Positions 10,796 to 20,598 of a DNA stretch of 64,000 bases are shown here, piece by piece; position 1 is the first letter of the stretch, and the number at the start of each line of letters is the position of its first letter. The notes below the pieces were generated by a model. That model did no database searches. It saw only the letters and a program-made list of their open reading frames with translations, and was not told where the DNA came from. A program made the translations under genes and the position numbers. Origin of the DNA: an uncultured Eubacteriales bacterium (GTDB lineage: Bacteria > Bacillota > Clostridia > Oscillospirales > CAG-272); assembly GCA_934432725.1 (NCBI GenBank), contig CAKRZE010000013.1:6085-70084 (forward strand). Reading direction: 5' to 3'.

Positions 10796-10823
10796 CGGGG
10801 CTGCCGCAACAATGCGGCAGCCC
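10796..10823. terminator. strong hairpin downstream of the 9493 CDS (no clear U-tract)
   Basis: Perfect 12-bp stem GGGGCTGCCGCA/TGCGGCAGCCCC with loop ACAA. Confidence 0.35.
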
Positions 10824-11151
10824 CGAAAATACGGCGGGGGGCTGCTTTTTGACCGCTCCGGGTTCCGGGAGGACCGGTACGCTTTGGGGGGGACAGGCAG
10901 CTGTTCCTCTTACGTCTGAAAGGACTGCCTGCGAAGGTGTGATGATCCTTTTTTGGGGCTGCATCCGGTCGGTGCATTTTCCTGCCGGGGAGTGAGCTTC
11001 TGGCGGGTGAGCTGCTCCTTTGTGAAACCGGGAGCGGTTTTCCGGCGTTATGCGGGAACAGCACGGGCATTGATGCAGACGGCGGCGGGGGGGACCATCC
11101 GGTTGCTTTTTCCCGGGTGCGGAGCGGCTTGTGGGCGTGCGGAAGAAGGGT

Positions 11152-11844
11152 TCAGAATGCCTGCCGCTGCCGCTTTTTCATTTTTTGCCAGCTGATAAAG
11201 CCATAGACATCATTTACAAGAAATGCAGAAAAGCAGACGACCACTGAAAGATAGCGCACCTCCGTCATGCTTGCCAACGACCACAGGAGAATCAGGACCG
11301 CATCGTTTGCCGCATAAGCCATGGCAAAAAACGGGCTTCTCCGGAAGGTCAGATAGACCGCCAGAAAGCTGGTTGTGACCGAGACGGTGCCCGGCAGGAT
11401 ATTCGGCGTATGAAAAAAGCTCAGTATCAAGCAAAACACTGCAGTGACAGCCGCAGTGACAGGCAGCATAAAGCAGAGCTCCGTTTTGCTTATGGAATTG
11501 ACGCGCACCTCCGATTTTTTGCCGTTATACGGATTTTTCAGCCATGACACAAGCGCAAAGACTGCCATCGGCATTGTCATTCCGAGATAGGTAAGCATTT
11601 CGCCGTAATAGGAAAAGGCAAAGGATATCATTCCGTAAAGCAGGCTGAACAGGATCATAAGAGCCTGTCCGAGTGGATTTCCCTCGGCATTGAAAATAAG
11701 GGAGGTGATGCCGATCAGGGATGCGGCAAGTGTCATATAGCTTTCTCTGTCAAAAAGGCAAAAGGAAAGGATGATCAGAAGTGCGGAAGCGCACCACAGC
11801 ATGAGTTCACCCGTGGAAAAATAGCCGGTTAATTTTTTGAGCAT
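11152..11844 (-). CDS. pnuC: nicotinamide riboside transporter PnuC family
   Basis: Multi-TM protein with ...SWLKNPY... and a C-terminal LVNDVYGFISW motif typical of PnuC. The start is moved to MLKKLTGYF (ATG at 11844). Confidence 0.8.
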   Translation of the reverse strand: MLKKLTGYFSTGELMLWCASALLIILSFCLFDRESYMTLAASLIGITSLIFNAEGNPLGQALMILFSLLYGMISFAFSYYGEMLTYLGMTMPMAVFALVSWLKNPYNGKKSEVRVNSISKTELCFMLPVTAAVTAVFCLILSFFHTPNILPGTVSVTTSFLAVYLTFRRSPFFAMAYAANDAVLILLWSLASMTEVRYLSVVVCFSAFLVNDVYGFISWQKMKKRQRQAF

Positions 11845-12367
11845 AGGATCCTCTGTTCCGCCGCCGGGCGGCATTCTGCAATGAAAATTTTCCGCCTCTG
11901 CGGGAAGCATGACTGCCTGTCTTTTCAGGGAACAACGTGCGTGAAGTCGCCGCGTTCAGATACGATCGAACGGCATTTTGCGCTGATTCCTCAAAAAAAC
12001 AAGCATCCGTTATACACATCTTCTAAGACCTAACGATGTGTAAACGAATGCGTTTCGCATGTTCCACCCGGTGGCAGATAACGTATGGAGGCACGGTGTC
12101 CGGGGAGGGAAGCGTGCCTGCGGGTGTGATTTAACGCCGCGCGGCAGAAAGAACCGAATCGGGGAGAGCGGCACGGGAGGCTTTTCTCCGAAAAGCCGGA
12201 CGCGGCGGGATTCCTTATTACATCGCTATTGTATCACACCGCAGTCTGTTTTGCAATATGCAAAATGGCTGTTTCTTTGCACGAAACGGCGGGACGGCTT
12301 ATACGCATTGTATACGGCTGCGGGATATCGCAGATTGCCGTTTTTGCCGCTATATCAGGCGTCTCTA

Positions 12368-12397
12368 TTGACAAGCTCTTTTTTGGGGTGGTATAAT
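12368..12397 (+). promoter_or_regulatory. candidate sigma-A promoter with about 250-nt leader
   Basis: TTGACA, an 18-nt spacer, then TATAAT (TGG precedes the -10 box). Confidence 0.45.
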
Positions 12398-12647
12398 TCG
12401 GACAGGGGTATCAGAACGCTGACTTTTGGAGACAGAAAACGGAAGACTGCAGCCTCGGACGCAGAATCGGCAGGGCATGCGCGGAATGCGATACGCTATT
12501 GCCGGCGGAAGGCTGGCTGCGGTCCTCGCGGCAGGGACTGCCGGAGCGGAATTGAGATATTCGGAGCCGGCATGAATTTATGCAGATCATATGAAAGAAA
12601 TCATTGCTGCAAGCTGCAGAGATGATTTGACACAGGGAGGTAAGCTT

Positions 12648-13307
12648 ATGAGCAGAACGCTGACAGTCAAGGGAATCGGCAAGGTGAGCCTGAGACCGGA
12701 TCAGACTGAGGTTTCACTGACACTGAAGACGGTCGAAAAAATCTATGATAAGGCTATGGGCGATGCCGCAGAGCATCTGGAGCAGCTCCGGGAGGCGCTG
12801 ATCGGCATGGGCTTTGCGAAAGACGATTTGAAAACCTCAAATTTCAACGTGGGTACGGAGTATGAAAGCGAACGGGACCGGAACGGCAACTATAAGCAGC
12901 GTTTTGTCGGCTATTGCGTCACGCATCGGCTGAAGTTGGAATTTCCGTTGGATTCGCAGCGTCTTTCGAAAACGCTCGGTGCAATTGCGGGATGCATTGC
13001 TGAGCCGGAGCTGAACGTTCATTTTACGGTAAAGGACCGGGATGCCGTCAATACGGCTCTTTTGGAGAGCGCCTGCGTCAATGCGAGGACAAAAGCCGAT
13101 ATTCTTGCCAAAGCCTCCGGGGTGACGCTGGGCGAGCTGCTCTCTGTCGATTATAACTGGGGGGAGCTGCAGCTGTATTCGCCGACCCGGTACGGCATGG
13201 AAAATGCCTGTATGCTGAAGGCGGATGCTGCGCCGCGCAGCATTGAGATTGAACCGGATGATATTGATGTTACGGACAGCGTGACATTTGTGTGGGAGAT
13301 CGGGTAA
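12648..13307 (+). CDS. SIMPL domain-containing protein (DUF541)
   Basis: MSRTLTVKGIGKVSLRPDQTEVSLTL... and ...IEPDDIDVTDSVTFVWEI are typical SIMPL N- and C-terminal signatures. ATG at 12648 follows GGGAGG. Confidence 0.85.
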   Translation: MSRTLTVKGIGKVSLRPDQTEVSLTLKTVEKIYDKAMGDAAEHLEQLREALIGMGFAKDDLKTSNFNVGTEYESERDRNGNYKQRFVGYCVTHRLKLEFPLDSQRLSKTLGAIAGCIAEPELNVHFTVKDRDAVNTALLESACVNARTKADILAKASGVTLGELLSVDYNWGELQLYSPTRYGMENACMLKADAAPRSIEIEPDDIDVTDSVTFVWEIG

Positions 13308-13473
13308 GTCTCTGGGGAATCTCTTCTTTGCAAAATGCGGACCGGAACAGAGGGCAGAAAGCCTTCTGTTCCGGTCATGCTTCTGCCGACTTGCTGTATC
13401 TGCCGCATCATGACGGAAAAACCGGCGGAATCGGCTTTCATTCAGCCCGGGGCGGCTCGGGCGAGGCTGTGAT

Positions 13474-13974
13474 TCAGCGGATGAACAGTGTCATGACGGC
13501 GGAAAGCCCCGCTGAGATGATTGCCATGCCAACCGTGCCGAATATCCACTTCTTGCACATGTCCTTTGCGGTGATATACGGCTTCAGGTCCTCCGTGCCA
13601 GGAATTGTCCAGGCTTTTGTGTGTCCGACCCAAAAGCCGTCAATCAGAAAACGGTCGATCAGATTCATGACGGACAGGATCACGAGTATTTGCCAAAATC
13701 CAGCGAAAAAGCCCTTCGCACCGTTTAACGCATAGGTGCAAACCAGCACATAGGCGATATAACCGGGAATGCAGAATGCCTTGAAAATAAGACTGCTCCG
13801 TTTGATTTTATCAGGGGTTGTCAGTCCCAGCGTTACGCATCGGTTCTGTACCTCCGGGCTGTAGAGATGCACCATGCCGACAGCTCCGTTTCGGATTCCG
13901 GCGGCGCAGACCAAAACAAGCAAGATGCCAAGTCCCAAGCCCTCAAACACTGTTTTTAAAATCAACTCTTTCAT
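13474..13974 (-). CDS. hypothetical integral membrane protein
   Basis: 166-aa ORF with about 4 hydrophobic helices. An RBS-like GGAGG is present upstream. Confidence 0.6.
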   Translation of the reverse strand: MKELILKTVFEGLGLGILLVLVCAAGIRNGAVGMVHLYSPEVQNRCVTLGLTTPDKIKRSSLIFKAFCIPGYIAYVLVCTYALNGAKGFFAGFWQILVILSVMNLIDRFLIDGFWVGHTKAWTIPGTEDLKPYITAKDMCKKWIFGTVGMAIISAGLSAVMTLFIR

Positions 13975-14012
13975 TTTTTCGTGAAGCCTCCGTGTTTTAT
14001 GTTTTTTATTGG

Positions 14013-14717
14013 TTATATGTTTCTTCTGTATCCCTGCTCATCGCGGTATTCCGGGTGTTCTTTGAGGTATGGGTCCTTGTCTCCGCAAACTGTGTAATCG
14101 TATTTACAGCCGTTGGAGCAGGTGGTTTTGCGCACCAGCTTCGCATGGATCAGCTCCATTGCCTCAAAATCCGGGTTGCACAGGGCGGGCATTACCTCAA
14201 GCAGCCCATGCTTCTTGGCAAACTCTGCCGTCGGGCATGTTGTGAATTCATAATAAATCGGCTTGCCGGGGTCAAACGGCGCGAGGTTCATCCGAAAGTC
14301 GCCCCACTTGTCACACTGCCGTTTAGCGTTCTGAAAGGATTTGTACATCAGCCTTTTGAACAGCGGCTTGTTGCAGTCCGCAAACCGAGAGAGCATGCGG
14401 AAGGCGGGAAGGAACAGACTGCCTTCCATCTCCTCAATTTCGGCAAGACTTGTTGCCTCGCGGCAGACCGTATAGTAAGCCATGAGCGCAATGCAGTCAT
14501 AGTTTCCGCCCGCGCCGTTGTGAAAGTTTTTCTTGCCGCCGAGGTCTGTGCGCCAGTCGGCGAGAAAGTCCGCATACTGCCGCTGCACCCGTTCCCAGAC
14601 GGCGTTCCGCTCATGGTGCGGATAGTGCAGGGCAATTTTTTTCTGAATCTGTTTCCTGCATGCTTTGGAGTACGGCACATGACAGCTGCGGTCAATTTTA
14701 AGCTCGTTGTCTTTCAT
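14013..14717 (-). CDS. L-2-amino-thiazoline-4-carboxylic acid hydrolase-like family protein
   Basis: Cys-rich about 234-aa protein (…EFTTCPTAEFAKKHGLLEVMPALCNPDFEAME…) resembling the ATC_hydrolase family. ATG at 14717 follows AAGGAG. Confidence 0.55.
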   Translation of the reverse strand: MKDNELKIDRSCHVPYSKACRKQIQKKIALHYPHHERNAVWERVQRQYADFLADWRTDLGGKKNFHNGAGGNYDCIALMAYYTVCREATSLAEIEEMEGSLFLPAFRMLSRFADCNKPLFKRLMYKSFQNAKRQCDKWGDFRMNLAPFDPGKPIYYEFTTCPTAEFAKKHGLLEVMPALCNPDFEAMELIHAKLVRKTTCSNGCKYDYTVCGDKDPYLKEHPEYRDEQGYRRNI

Positions 14718-14797
14718 ACCTGCTCCTTTTCCAAGCGGTTCCGGCACATCGCCGGCACTTCCTTTGCAAATTCCCCGGAGGCTTTCCGGCAGGACTG

Positions 14798-15756
14798 CTA
14801 TGCCCGAGGCACGTAAAGATTTTTATTTCGAACGGGTAGCTGCTTTGCTTCAAGGCGTTGGGTCCCTTCCGGCGTTTTTTGAAGCTTTTTTGTCTCGTTT
14901 TCCGGCAGACCGAACGCCTTTTCCGTGTCGGAAGGTCTGCATGCCCCGCTCGGCAAGGGATACGGAGACACGTGCCCGCGATTTCCCTTGTCAAAAACAA
15001 TACTCTTTACCAGTTCAGCCCACTGCTCCGGATAACATGCCAGAAGCTCCTCATGCCGCAGCTCCTGCTCATGAATGATCGGATGGGCAAAATGCCGCTC
15101 ATAGCGGGTGCGGTACTTTTCTCCCATTTTCAGCGCGTAAAAAATGTGAATTTGCGTGCCCGGCACATCAAGCTTGTCCGGCAACGGTGTGATAAGATCG
15201 GAATAAAACTGATTTTTACAGCTCCGCTTTGTCACGTATTGCCGTGCGCCGCCGAGCATTGCCATGAATGCTTTTCCGTAACTGCCCATTTGCGTCGTCC
15301 GTTTTTCCAGCTGCTTTTGCAGAAACCGGCTTTTGAATCTGCCGTCCCGAATAAGCGGATAGACCATAGGCATAAGAAGATCGGTCTGCAGCTTTGCGAA
15401 AGGCTTGGAGGTCTGATCCAGATCGGAACTGCCCAGAATGCCGCGTCTATATGAATATTCTTTCGGGCAGTCAGCAGTCCGGCAAAAGAGCCGCCCAGAG
15501 AGCAGCCGTAAGCAGCCCGGATGTGTCCGCCGCAATGCTCCTTTATAAAGTTCTCTATTTTTTCAGTTTCCTCAAGCATAGAGGGAAACTCTGTGCGCTC
15601 CGTTTCGTCAAAGCCGTCATAGCTTACACAGAGCACGCGGCAGTCTGCCGCAAGCAGGGGGATGACGTGTCCGAAATTACTCCGCCAGTGGCAGCAGGTA
15701 CCGGGCAGCAGTAAGATTGCCGGAGCATTTTCTGCCCCAAACGTATAAATTTTCAT
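14798..15756 (-). pseudogene. alpha/beta hydrolase interrupted by a 1-nt frameshift
   Basis: ORF 15232..15756 carries the N-terminal half including the nucleophile elbow GCSLGGSFAG and then becomes nonsense. ORF 14798..15535 is nonsense at first and then protein-like (ILGSSDLDQTSKPFAKLQ...). The frames meet near 15436-15441. Confidence 0.6.
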
Positions 15757-16434
15757 TTATGTGTCCACAGCTTTTGCATCAGCAAAGTTTTTTCCTGAAT
15801 TTTTTTGGTGTGCGCGGGCGGCTTGCGGCATTGTTTTCGGTGAGTCGGAACGCTTTTTGCTTCCGCCATATCGGTTCATGCTCCGTTTGGTTCTCTGCCT
15901 GCGGCGGTATTCCTGAGTATTGGGGGACGACGTTCCGCATTTCCTTGCTTTTTGTCGGTGTCTTACAAGGCTGTCCGGAGGTGCGGTTACCGAACGTTAT
16001 GTTCTTCATTCGATATGACCGAATCGGTCTGTTTGGTCATATTGTAGCATGGATCGGTTCAGTTTGCAATAGGTAACTGCTTTTTTCTGCATCCTTTGCC
16101 GGATTTTTTTCGGGGCATTATGAATAGGATGAATAGATGAACAGTAAAGCACAAACCCCTTGGGGATTGTTTATCTTTTTAGGGCAGATCGATATCTCTG
16201 AATATGGAATAACCGGATGCTTTCGGTCAAATGTTCTGACAAAAGATAAATATATCTCGGAGGGAAAAGAGTAAAAGACGGCGGGCTATGCGGACATTCG
16301 TGACAGAAAAGATTTTATTTTCGGCAGGACTGCTTTGAATCATACGGGAATCGCCTGAAAGCGGTCGGTCAATCTGCCGCAGCGGGATGGCAGGGAGAGC
16401 CTGATGGTAAAAGTACGGGAATTTCAAAAAGGTC

Positions 16435-16463
16435 TTGACAAGTAACCGCTCGGTTGCTATAAT
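16435..16463 (+). promoter_or_regulatory. consensus sigma-A promoter of the TetR gene with embedded palindrome
   Basis: TTGACA, a 17-nt spacer, then TATAAT. The spacer contains the palindrome AACCG-CT-CGGTT. Confidence 0.6.
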
Positions 16464-16503
16464 TTAAAAATCGAACGGTTGCAAAGTATAAAGGAGTGAT
16501 ATC

Positions 16504-17130
16504 ATGATCGGAGATACAAGGGAACGCATTCTGGAAACGGCGCTCGAATTATTCTCACGGAGCGGGTACCTGGGAACCTCTATGAGTGATATTGCAAAGC
16601 AGCTCGGCATCACAAAGGGCGCCCTGTATAAGCATTATGCAAGCAAGCAGGATATTTTAGACAGTATTGTGGAGCGGATGAACGCATTGGACTATGAACG
16701 AGCCGAAGAATACGAAATGCCGGAAACAGAGCCGGACGGCTTTGCAGAAGTTTATGTACACACGCCGGTCGAAAAAATCCGTGCATACAGCATGGCACAG
16801 TTTGATCATTGGACAAAAGAGCAGTTTTCCGCAAATTTCCGGAAGATGCTGACGCTTGAGCAATATCGTGATCCCAAGCTTACCGGACTGTATCATGACT
16901 ATCTTGCGACCGGTCCTGTAGAATATATGGCGGCGATTTTCCGGAAGCTGACGGACAGTGATGAAGCTGCTATGCAGCTGGCGCTGGAATTTTACGGACC
17001 GATGTTCCTGCTTTACAGTATTTACGATGGTGCAAAGGAAAAAGAGAGTGTTGCACCGATGCTCTGCGCACATATTGACCGCTTTATTGCGGGGCTTGCA
17101 GGCAAGCATCGGAAGCAGAGGGAGACGTGA
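16504..17130 (+). CDS. TetR/AcrR family transcriptional regulator
   Basis: RERILETALELFSRSGYLGTSMSDIAKQLGITKGALYKHYASK is a canonical TetR HTH. Confidence 0.9.
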   Translation: MIGDTRERILETALELFSRSGYLGTSMSDIAKQLGITKGALYKHYASKQDILDSIVERMNALDYERAEEYEMPETEPDGFAEVYVHTPVEKIRAYSMAQFDHWTKEQFSANFRKMLTLEQYRDPKLTGLYHDYLATGPVEYMAAIFRKLTDSDEAAMQLALEFYGPMFLLYSIYDGAKEKESVAPMLCAHIDRFIAGLAGKHRKQRET

Positions 17131-17385
17131 TGCTCTCAGGAAAGATGATCGGCGATCCGGACAGTCAAAATGCGAACTGCGGCGCTTGACGGGGAACAAA
17201 AGGGCGTTGCAGGGTAATCTGCAAGGTCAATTGATGTTATAGGGCATCATTGATATTTGCGGGTGCCCAAAGCAGGGCTGCTTGGGGGCGGGGCGCAGCA
17301 CATTTTCCGAGACATTGAAATATGAGTTTTGTATTTCCGGAATTTGGCATAAATGCGGAATTTGCAAGACTTTCGGTGTGAAAAA

Positions 17386-17418
17386 GACCCTGCAAGATTT
17401 CTCTTGCAGGGTCTTTTT
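17386..17418. terminator. bidirectional rho-independent terminator downstream of ppdK
   Basis: AAAAA-GACCCTGCAAG-loop-CTTGCAGGGTC-TTTTT. Confidence 0.75.
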
Positions 17419-17468
17419 CCTATTGTGGTCTTATAAATCGGGTTTGCCCCAAATCAAGGACAATCGGA

Positions 17469-20099
17469 TTACTGCTTGTCCTTAATCGCTGCCTGTGCTG
17501 CCGCGAGGCGTGCAATCGGCACACGGAACGGCGAGCAGGAGACATAGGTGAGTCCGAGCTTATGGCAGAACTCAACGGATGTCGGGTCGCCGCCATGCTC
17601 TCCGCAGATACCGAGGTGCATGTCGGGACGGGTAGCCTTTCCGAGCTTGACAGCCATCTGCATCAGCTTGCCGACGCCATCCTGGTCGAGCTTTGCAAAA
17701 GGATCGTTCTCATAGATCTTGTGGTCATAGTAAGCGCCAAGGAACTTTCCGGCATCGTCGCGGGAGAATCCGAAGGTCATCTGCGTGAGGTCATTGGTAC
17801 CGAAGCAGAAGAATTCGGCTTCCTTTGCGATCTCGTCAGCCGTGATGCAGGCGCGCGGGATCTCAATCATGGTGCCGACCTCATACTTGAGGGATACTCC
17901 GGCCTTTGCGATTTCCTCATCGGCAACGGCAACAACGATGTTCTTGACGAACTTAAGCTCCTTTGCCTCTCCGACAAGCGGAATCATAATCTCGGGAACG
18001 ACCTTCCAGTCGGGATGCTTCTTCTGAACGTTGATGGCAGCGCGGATGACAGCCTTGGTCTGCATCTTTGCAATCTCGGGGTAGGTGACAGTCAGACGGC
18101 AGCCGCGGTGACCCATCATCGGGTTGAATTCATGGAGGGACGTGATGATGTTCTTGATGGTCTCAACGCTCTTGCCCTGTGCAGCTGCCAGCGCCTCAAT
18201 GTCCTTTTCCTCGGTGGGAACGAACTCATGGAGCGGGGGATCCAGGAAACGGATCGTAACCGGAGTGCCCTCAAGAGCCTCATAAAGAGCCTCAAAGTCG
18301 CCCTGCTGATACGGCAGGATCTTTTCCAGAGCAGCTTCTCTTTCTTCAACAGTGTCGGAGCAGATCATTTCACGGAAAGCAGCGATTCTGTCAGCTTCAA
18401 AGAACATGTGCTCCGTGCGGCAGAGACCGATACCCTCGGCGCCGAGCTCACGTGCCTTCTTCGCATCGCGCGGTGTGTCGGCGTTGGTGCGGACCTGAAG
18501 CTTTCTGAACTGGTCTGCCCAGCCCATGATGCGTCCGAATTCGCCTTCGACCTTTGCGTCAACGGTCGGGATAGCCTCGCCGTAGATGTTACCGGTGGAG
18601 CCGTCGATGGAGATGACATCACCCTCATGGAAGGTTCTGCCGGCGAGAGTGAACTTCTTGTTTTCCTCATCCATAGCGATATCGCCGCAGCCGGAAACGC
18701 AGCAGGTTCCCATTCCGCGTGCAACAACGGCTGCATGAGAGGTCATACCGCCGCGAACGGTGAGGATACCCTGAGAAGCCTTCATACCGGTGATGTCCTC
18801 GGGAGAGGTTTCAAGACGGACGAGAATAACCTTCTTGCCTGCCTTCTTCCAGGTTTCGGCATCCTCTGCGGAGAAAACGATCTGACCGCAGGCAGCGCCG
18901 GGGGAAGCGCCGAGACCCTTTCCGAGAGGCGTTGCAGCCTTGAGCGCCTTGGCATCGAACTGCGGGTGGAGAAGGGTGTCAAGGTTGCGGGGATCGATCA
19001 TAAGGACAGCCTCTTCGGGCGTTCTCATGCCCTCGTCAACGAGGTCGCAGGCGATCTTGAGAGCAGCCTGGGCGGTACGCTTGCCGTTTCTGGTCTGGAG
19101 CATATAGAGCTTGCCGTGCTCAACGGTGAACTCCATATCCTGCATGTCGCGGTAGTGATTTTCAAGGGTCTGGCAGACCTGCTTGAACTGAGCGAAAGCC
19201 TCCGGGAACTTGGACTCCATCTCGGAGATGTGCATAGGAGTACGGACACCTGCAACGACGTCCTCGCCCTGTGCATTGGTAAGGAACTCGCCGAACAGAC
19301 CGTTCTTTCCGGTTGCCGGGTCACGGGTAAACGCAACGCCGGTGCCGCAGTCATCGCCCATGTTGCCGAATGCCATCATCTGGACGTTGACGGCAGTACC
19401 CCAGCTGTACGGGATGTCGTTGTCGCGGCGGTAAACGTTCGCACGGGGGTTGTCCCACGAACGGAAGACTGCCTTGATTGCTCCCATCAGCTGTTCCTTG
19501 GGGTCGGTCGGGAAATCGGAGCCGATCTTGGACTTGTACTCGGCCTTGAACTGACCCGCAAGCGTCTTAAGGTCGTCTGCGCTGAGCTCAATGTCAAGCT
19601 TGACGCCCTTTTCTTCCTTCATCTTATCAATCAGCTGCTCAAAGTACTTCTTGCCGACCTCCATAACAACGTCGGAGTACATCTGAATGAATCTTCTGTA
19701 GCAGTCCCAAGCCCATCTGGGGTTGCCGGATTTTTCGGCAATGACTGCAACGACTTCCTCATTGAGTCCGAGGTTCAGAATGGTATCCATCATACCCGGC
19801 ATGGAAGCTCTTGCACCGGAGCGGACGGAAACGAGAAGCGGATTGACATGATCGCCGAACTTCTTGCCGGTGATCTTCTCCATCTTTTCGATGTATTCCA
19901 TGATCTCCGCCATGATCTCGGGATTGATCTGTCTTCCGTCTTCATAATACTGTGTGCAGGCTTCGGTTGTAATCGTGAAGCCCTGCGGAACAGGCAGGCC
20001 GATTTTTGTCATTTCGGCAAGGTTTGCACCCTTACCGCCGAGCAGCTCGCGCATGGACGCGTTGCCTTCGGAAAAGAGATAACAATACTTTTTGCTCAT
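17469..20099 (-). CDS. ppdK: pyruvate, phosphate dikinase
   Basis: 876 aa with LGGKGANLAEM, the phosphohistidine region GGMTSHAAVVARG and a PEP-utilising C-terminal domain. Confidence 0.97.
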   Translation of the reverse strand: MSKKYCYLFSEGNASMRELLGGKGANLAEMTKIGLPVPQGFTITTEACTQYYEDGRQINPEIMAEIMEYIEKMEKITGKKFGDHVNPLLVSVRSGARASMPGMMDTILNLGLNEEVVAVIAEKSGNPRWAWDCYRRFIQMYSDVVMEVGKKYFEQLIDKMKEEKGVKLDIELSADDLKTLAGQFKAEYKSKIGSDFPTDPKEQLMGAIKAVFRSWDNPRANVYRRDNDIPYSWGTAVNVQMMAFGNMGDDCGTGVAFTRDPATGKNGLFGEFLTNAQGEDVVAGVRTPMHISEMESKFPEAFAQFKQVCQTLENHYRDMQDMEFTVEHGKLYMLQTRNGKRTAQAALKIACDLVDEGMRTPEEAVLMIDPRNLDTLLHPQFDAKALKAATPLGKGLGASPGAACGQIVFSAEDAETWKKAGKKVILVRLETSPEDITGMKASQGILTVRGGMTSHAAVVARGMGTCCVSGCGDIAMDEENKKFTLAGRTFHEGDVISIDGSTGNIYGEAIPTVDAKVEGEFGRIMGWADQFRKLQVRTNADTPRDAKKARELGAEGIGLCRTEHMFFEADRIAAFREMICSDTVEEREAALEKILPYQQGDFEALYEALEGTPVTIRFLDPPLHEFVPTEEKDIEALAAAQGKSVETIKNIITSLHEFNPMMGHRGCRLTVTYPEIAKMQTKAVIRAAINVQKKHPDWKVVPEIMIPLVGEAKELKFVKNIVVAVADEEIAKAGVSLKYEVGTMIEIPRACITADEIAKEAEFFCFGTNDLTQMTFGFSRDDAGKFLGAYYDHKIYENDPFAKLDQDGVGKLMQMAVKLGKATRPDMHLGICGEHGGDPTSVEFCHKLGLTYVSCSPFRVPIARLAAAQAAIKDKQ

Positions 20100-20598
20100 T
20101 GTTATTTTGACCTCCGATAGTTTAATTCAAAAATTTCTTTTGACCACTCGGTATTTTACCATATGCCGTCATAATTGTAAACTGTTTTTCAGAAAATTAA
20201 CAAATATTTTATGAATCCGGCACACTGTGCTTGCTTTTTTGGAGAATTCGGAGTATAATACGGTGTTGACGGGATACATGCGTGCCGTGCGGAACGGGAA
20301 GAGACGTTTCGGCTTCCTGAGGAAGCGCCGGGTATTTCTCCGGGAGCGCGCGGCTTCTTTGACCGGGCTTTGTGCGGATTGTGCCGGCAGGTCCGGTGCC
20401 GCCTGCGGACGGAGCGGATGAGAGCGCCGGCTTTCGCCGTGCCCCGAAAACCGGACCGGTGCAATGGCTTGGCATTATTCCGAACCGGAAAGAAAAAGTT
20501 ATATTGCTGCGATGACCCGGATCCCGGGGTGCGCAGCCTTGTTGCATGCCCCGGAGCTTGCGGGACTGCATTTCAACTGAAAAATCAGACAGGAAAGG

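Noticed and set aside
10033-11070. 345-aa - ORF
   Set aside because: It is antisense to the YnbB-like gene and extends into intergenic DNA. Its composition is Arg/Pro/Ser-rich.
12059-12625. 188-aa + ORF upstream of the SIMPL gene
   Set aside because: Its composition is Arg/Cys/Gly-rich, it has no RBS, and it overlaps the predicted promoter and leader.
17562-20120. 852-aa ORF on the + strand
   Set aside because: It lies exactly antisense to ppdK. Its composition is repetitive and rich in Leu/Gly/Asp/Ala, it has no RBS, and the ppdK frame carries unmistakable catalytic motifs. It is a shadow ORF typical of GC-biased codon usage.
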